Shown: positions 9,750 through 11,120 of the stretch, one piece after another
Layout of the letters: every line of letters starts with the position of its first letter
Position numbering within the stretch: position 1 is the first letter of the stretch
Source of the DNA: Paraspadella gotoi
Lineage: Eukaryota; Animalia; Chaetognatha
Direction of reading: 5' to 3'
Assembly: GCA_051294375.1 (NCBI GenBank)
Contig: JBJCIZ010001428.1
Span: 1-11,120, forward strand
Length of the DNA stretch: 11,120 nt
The notes under the pieces: generated by a model
Databases searched by the model: none
The model's input: only the letters and a program-made list of their open reading frames with translations
What the model was told of the DNA's origin: nothing
Position numbers and translations under genes: made by a program

Positions 9750-9757
9750 CTCTTCAT
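9750..9757 (+). repeat. Right target-site duplication CTCTTCAT
   Basis: Identical to 9114-9121 and directly abuts the right TIR. Confidence 0.85.
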
Positions 9758-9967
9758 TACCCCAATAGTTTCGTCCATCTCCCATACCCCCTTCACCCTC
9801 TCCCCAAACCCCCTACACCATTTCGCCCTTCCCCCTCCCAAACAAAAATAGGAGTTTGGCGGAGAGAAAAAAAATTTTTCTCCGTTCCGATTTTCTCGTC
9901 AAAAAAATGCGGCGCCAAAATAAATCTTGAGAGGAAATTGATGCGTTTCGTGGTTTGCTTGGGAGGC

Positions 9968-10106
9968 GACGAGAGACGAGAGACGAGAGAGAGAGAAGGA
10001 GGAAGAGAGGAGATGAGAGAGAGAGAGAGAGAGAAGATGAGAGAGATGAGAGAGAGAGAGAGAGCAAGCAAGAGAGAAGAGAGAGAGATGGTGAGAGAGA
10101 AGAGAT
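9968..10106. repeat. Imperfect (GA)n microsatellite
   Basis: GA-rich run of about 140 bp, starting with GAGAGAC-type units. Confidence 0.95.
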
Positions 10107-10740
10107 AGGAATTATGACGTTTAGCGAGTAGTTTTAGCTTGTTCAACTACATGGGCTGCGTGATTGGGCGGCTGGGAAATGAAAAAAAGAAAAAAAAAAT
10201 TTACATCGATATTTTCGGATGGATAAACAAGATCCGACTTTTGGAGGATATAGAAATTAAAATTGGGAAAACGAAATTGAAAACGATAATACTTTTCAAT
10301 CTTTATAAAACCAGTTTCTCCCCGGAAAGGTGATGTTCTGTTAGAAAAACGAAAGATCGTCGTCTTTTTTAAAATCTTTTTTTTTTTTCTCAAAATCAAA
10401 CTCGTGACTCATCGTCGTTTGAAAGAGAAAAAAAAAAATCTTTAAACGAGTTTTAAACCCTCAAATCGTGGAAGGATTATGAAAAATGATGCTTTTCGTG
10501 CGGCGAATTTCGTTGGAGGAAACGTACTTTATTTTAGGAATTGGAGAGCAAAATAAATTAAGAGTTGCAAGCTACTTGTATGAAATTACTCTGTGTATTA
10601 CTGATATACAGGTTATACAGTGAGCCCCGTAAATTTTTTTTAAAAAATAAATTTTGGGGCCACCTTTTGTCAAAAAAGACGTTAAAAACTCCACTCCTTC
10701 CTGTTCTTACTACGAATAAAAAAGGATTAATTGGGGGTAT

Positions 10741-10808
10741 CTTCTTCTCTCTCTCTCTCCTTCTCTCTCTGCTCTCTCTCTCTCTTCTTCTCTCTCCTCC
10801 CCCCCCCA
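10741..10808. repeat. Imperfect (CT)n microsatellite ending in a poly-C run
   Basis: CT-rich run followed by a C9 run. Confidence 0.93.
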
Positions 10809-10899
10809 CTCGCAAGCCCCCGCCCCCCTGAGGGACCCCTGAGGGTTGGTAATGAAGCGTTCGGGTTATTCGGATTGAGTGCGTCGGTAAATTTGGCAG

Positions 10900-10928
10900 G
10901 CGACGACGCGACGGTAGACGACCGCCGC

Positions 10929-10959
<31 letters not shown>

Positions 10960-10983
10960 CGGGCGCCGACGACGACGACGACG
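10900..10983. repeat. (GAC)n trinucleotide repeat, interrupted
   Basis: About 10 consecutive GAC units plus a second block of about 5. Confidence 0.93.
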
Positions 10984-10995
10984 GCCGCCAAGGAC

Positions 10996-11085
10996 TTATA
11001 AGGCGCCAGCGCTTGGAATCGGAACTGCATTCCCAGGAATGTTCCAGGCTCGTTGATTCAAGTCAAACAATGCCTTGTTTTGGGA
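10996..11085 (-). CDS. Candidate coding exon (SQNKALFDLNQRAWNIPGNAVPIPSAGAL*), product unknown
   Basis: On the minus strand a pyrimidine tract and CAG acceptor (CTCTCCTTTTATTGCTCCCAACAG, ending 11086) precede 29 sense codons and TAA. The other two frames stop within about 9 codons. No homology recognised. Confidence 0.25.
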   Translation of the reverse strand, partial: SQNKALFDLNQRAWNIPGNAVPIPSAGAL

Positions 11086-11120
11086 CTGTTGGGAGCAATA
11101 AAAGGAGAGTTTATGATATA

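Noticed and set aside
10624-10660. GCCCC...GGGGC hairpin with an A/T-run interior, and similar A/T palindromes at 5447-5460 and about 9860-9887
   Set aside because: The pairing is mostly between homopolymer runs, which is expected by chance in this composition.

Overview
AT-rich eukaryotic DNA that is mostly non-coding (intronic or intergenic). CpG is not depleted, which points to a weakly methylated genome, possibly an arthropod (inference only). The window holds about 11 (GA)n/(CT)n tracts in alternating orientation, three (ACG)n tracts, several GC/CpG-rich islands and long strand-asymmetric purine or pyrimidine blocks. I recognise no protein-coding gene, RNA gene or CRISPR array, and most listed ORFs are artefacts of reading through microsatellites. 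The best-supported structure is a 628-bp non-autonomous DNA transposon at 9122-9749. It has perfect 10-bp terminal inverted repeats (TAAGGCGTAG/CTACGCCTTA), a perfect 8-bp target-site duplication (CTCTTCAT), and a body that is one degenerate fold-back palindrome. Other findings are a cryptic ~80-93-bp tandem duplication rich in ATATC (4253-4445), a 20-bp direct repeat, several GC-rich palindromes, and two weak candidate coding segments on the minus strand.
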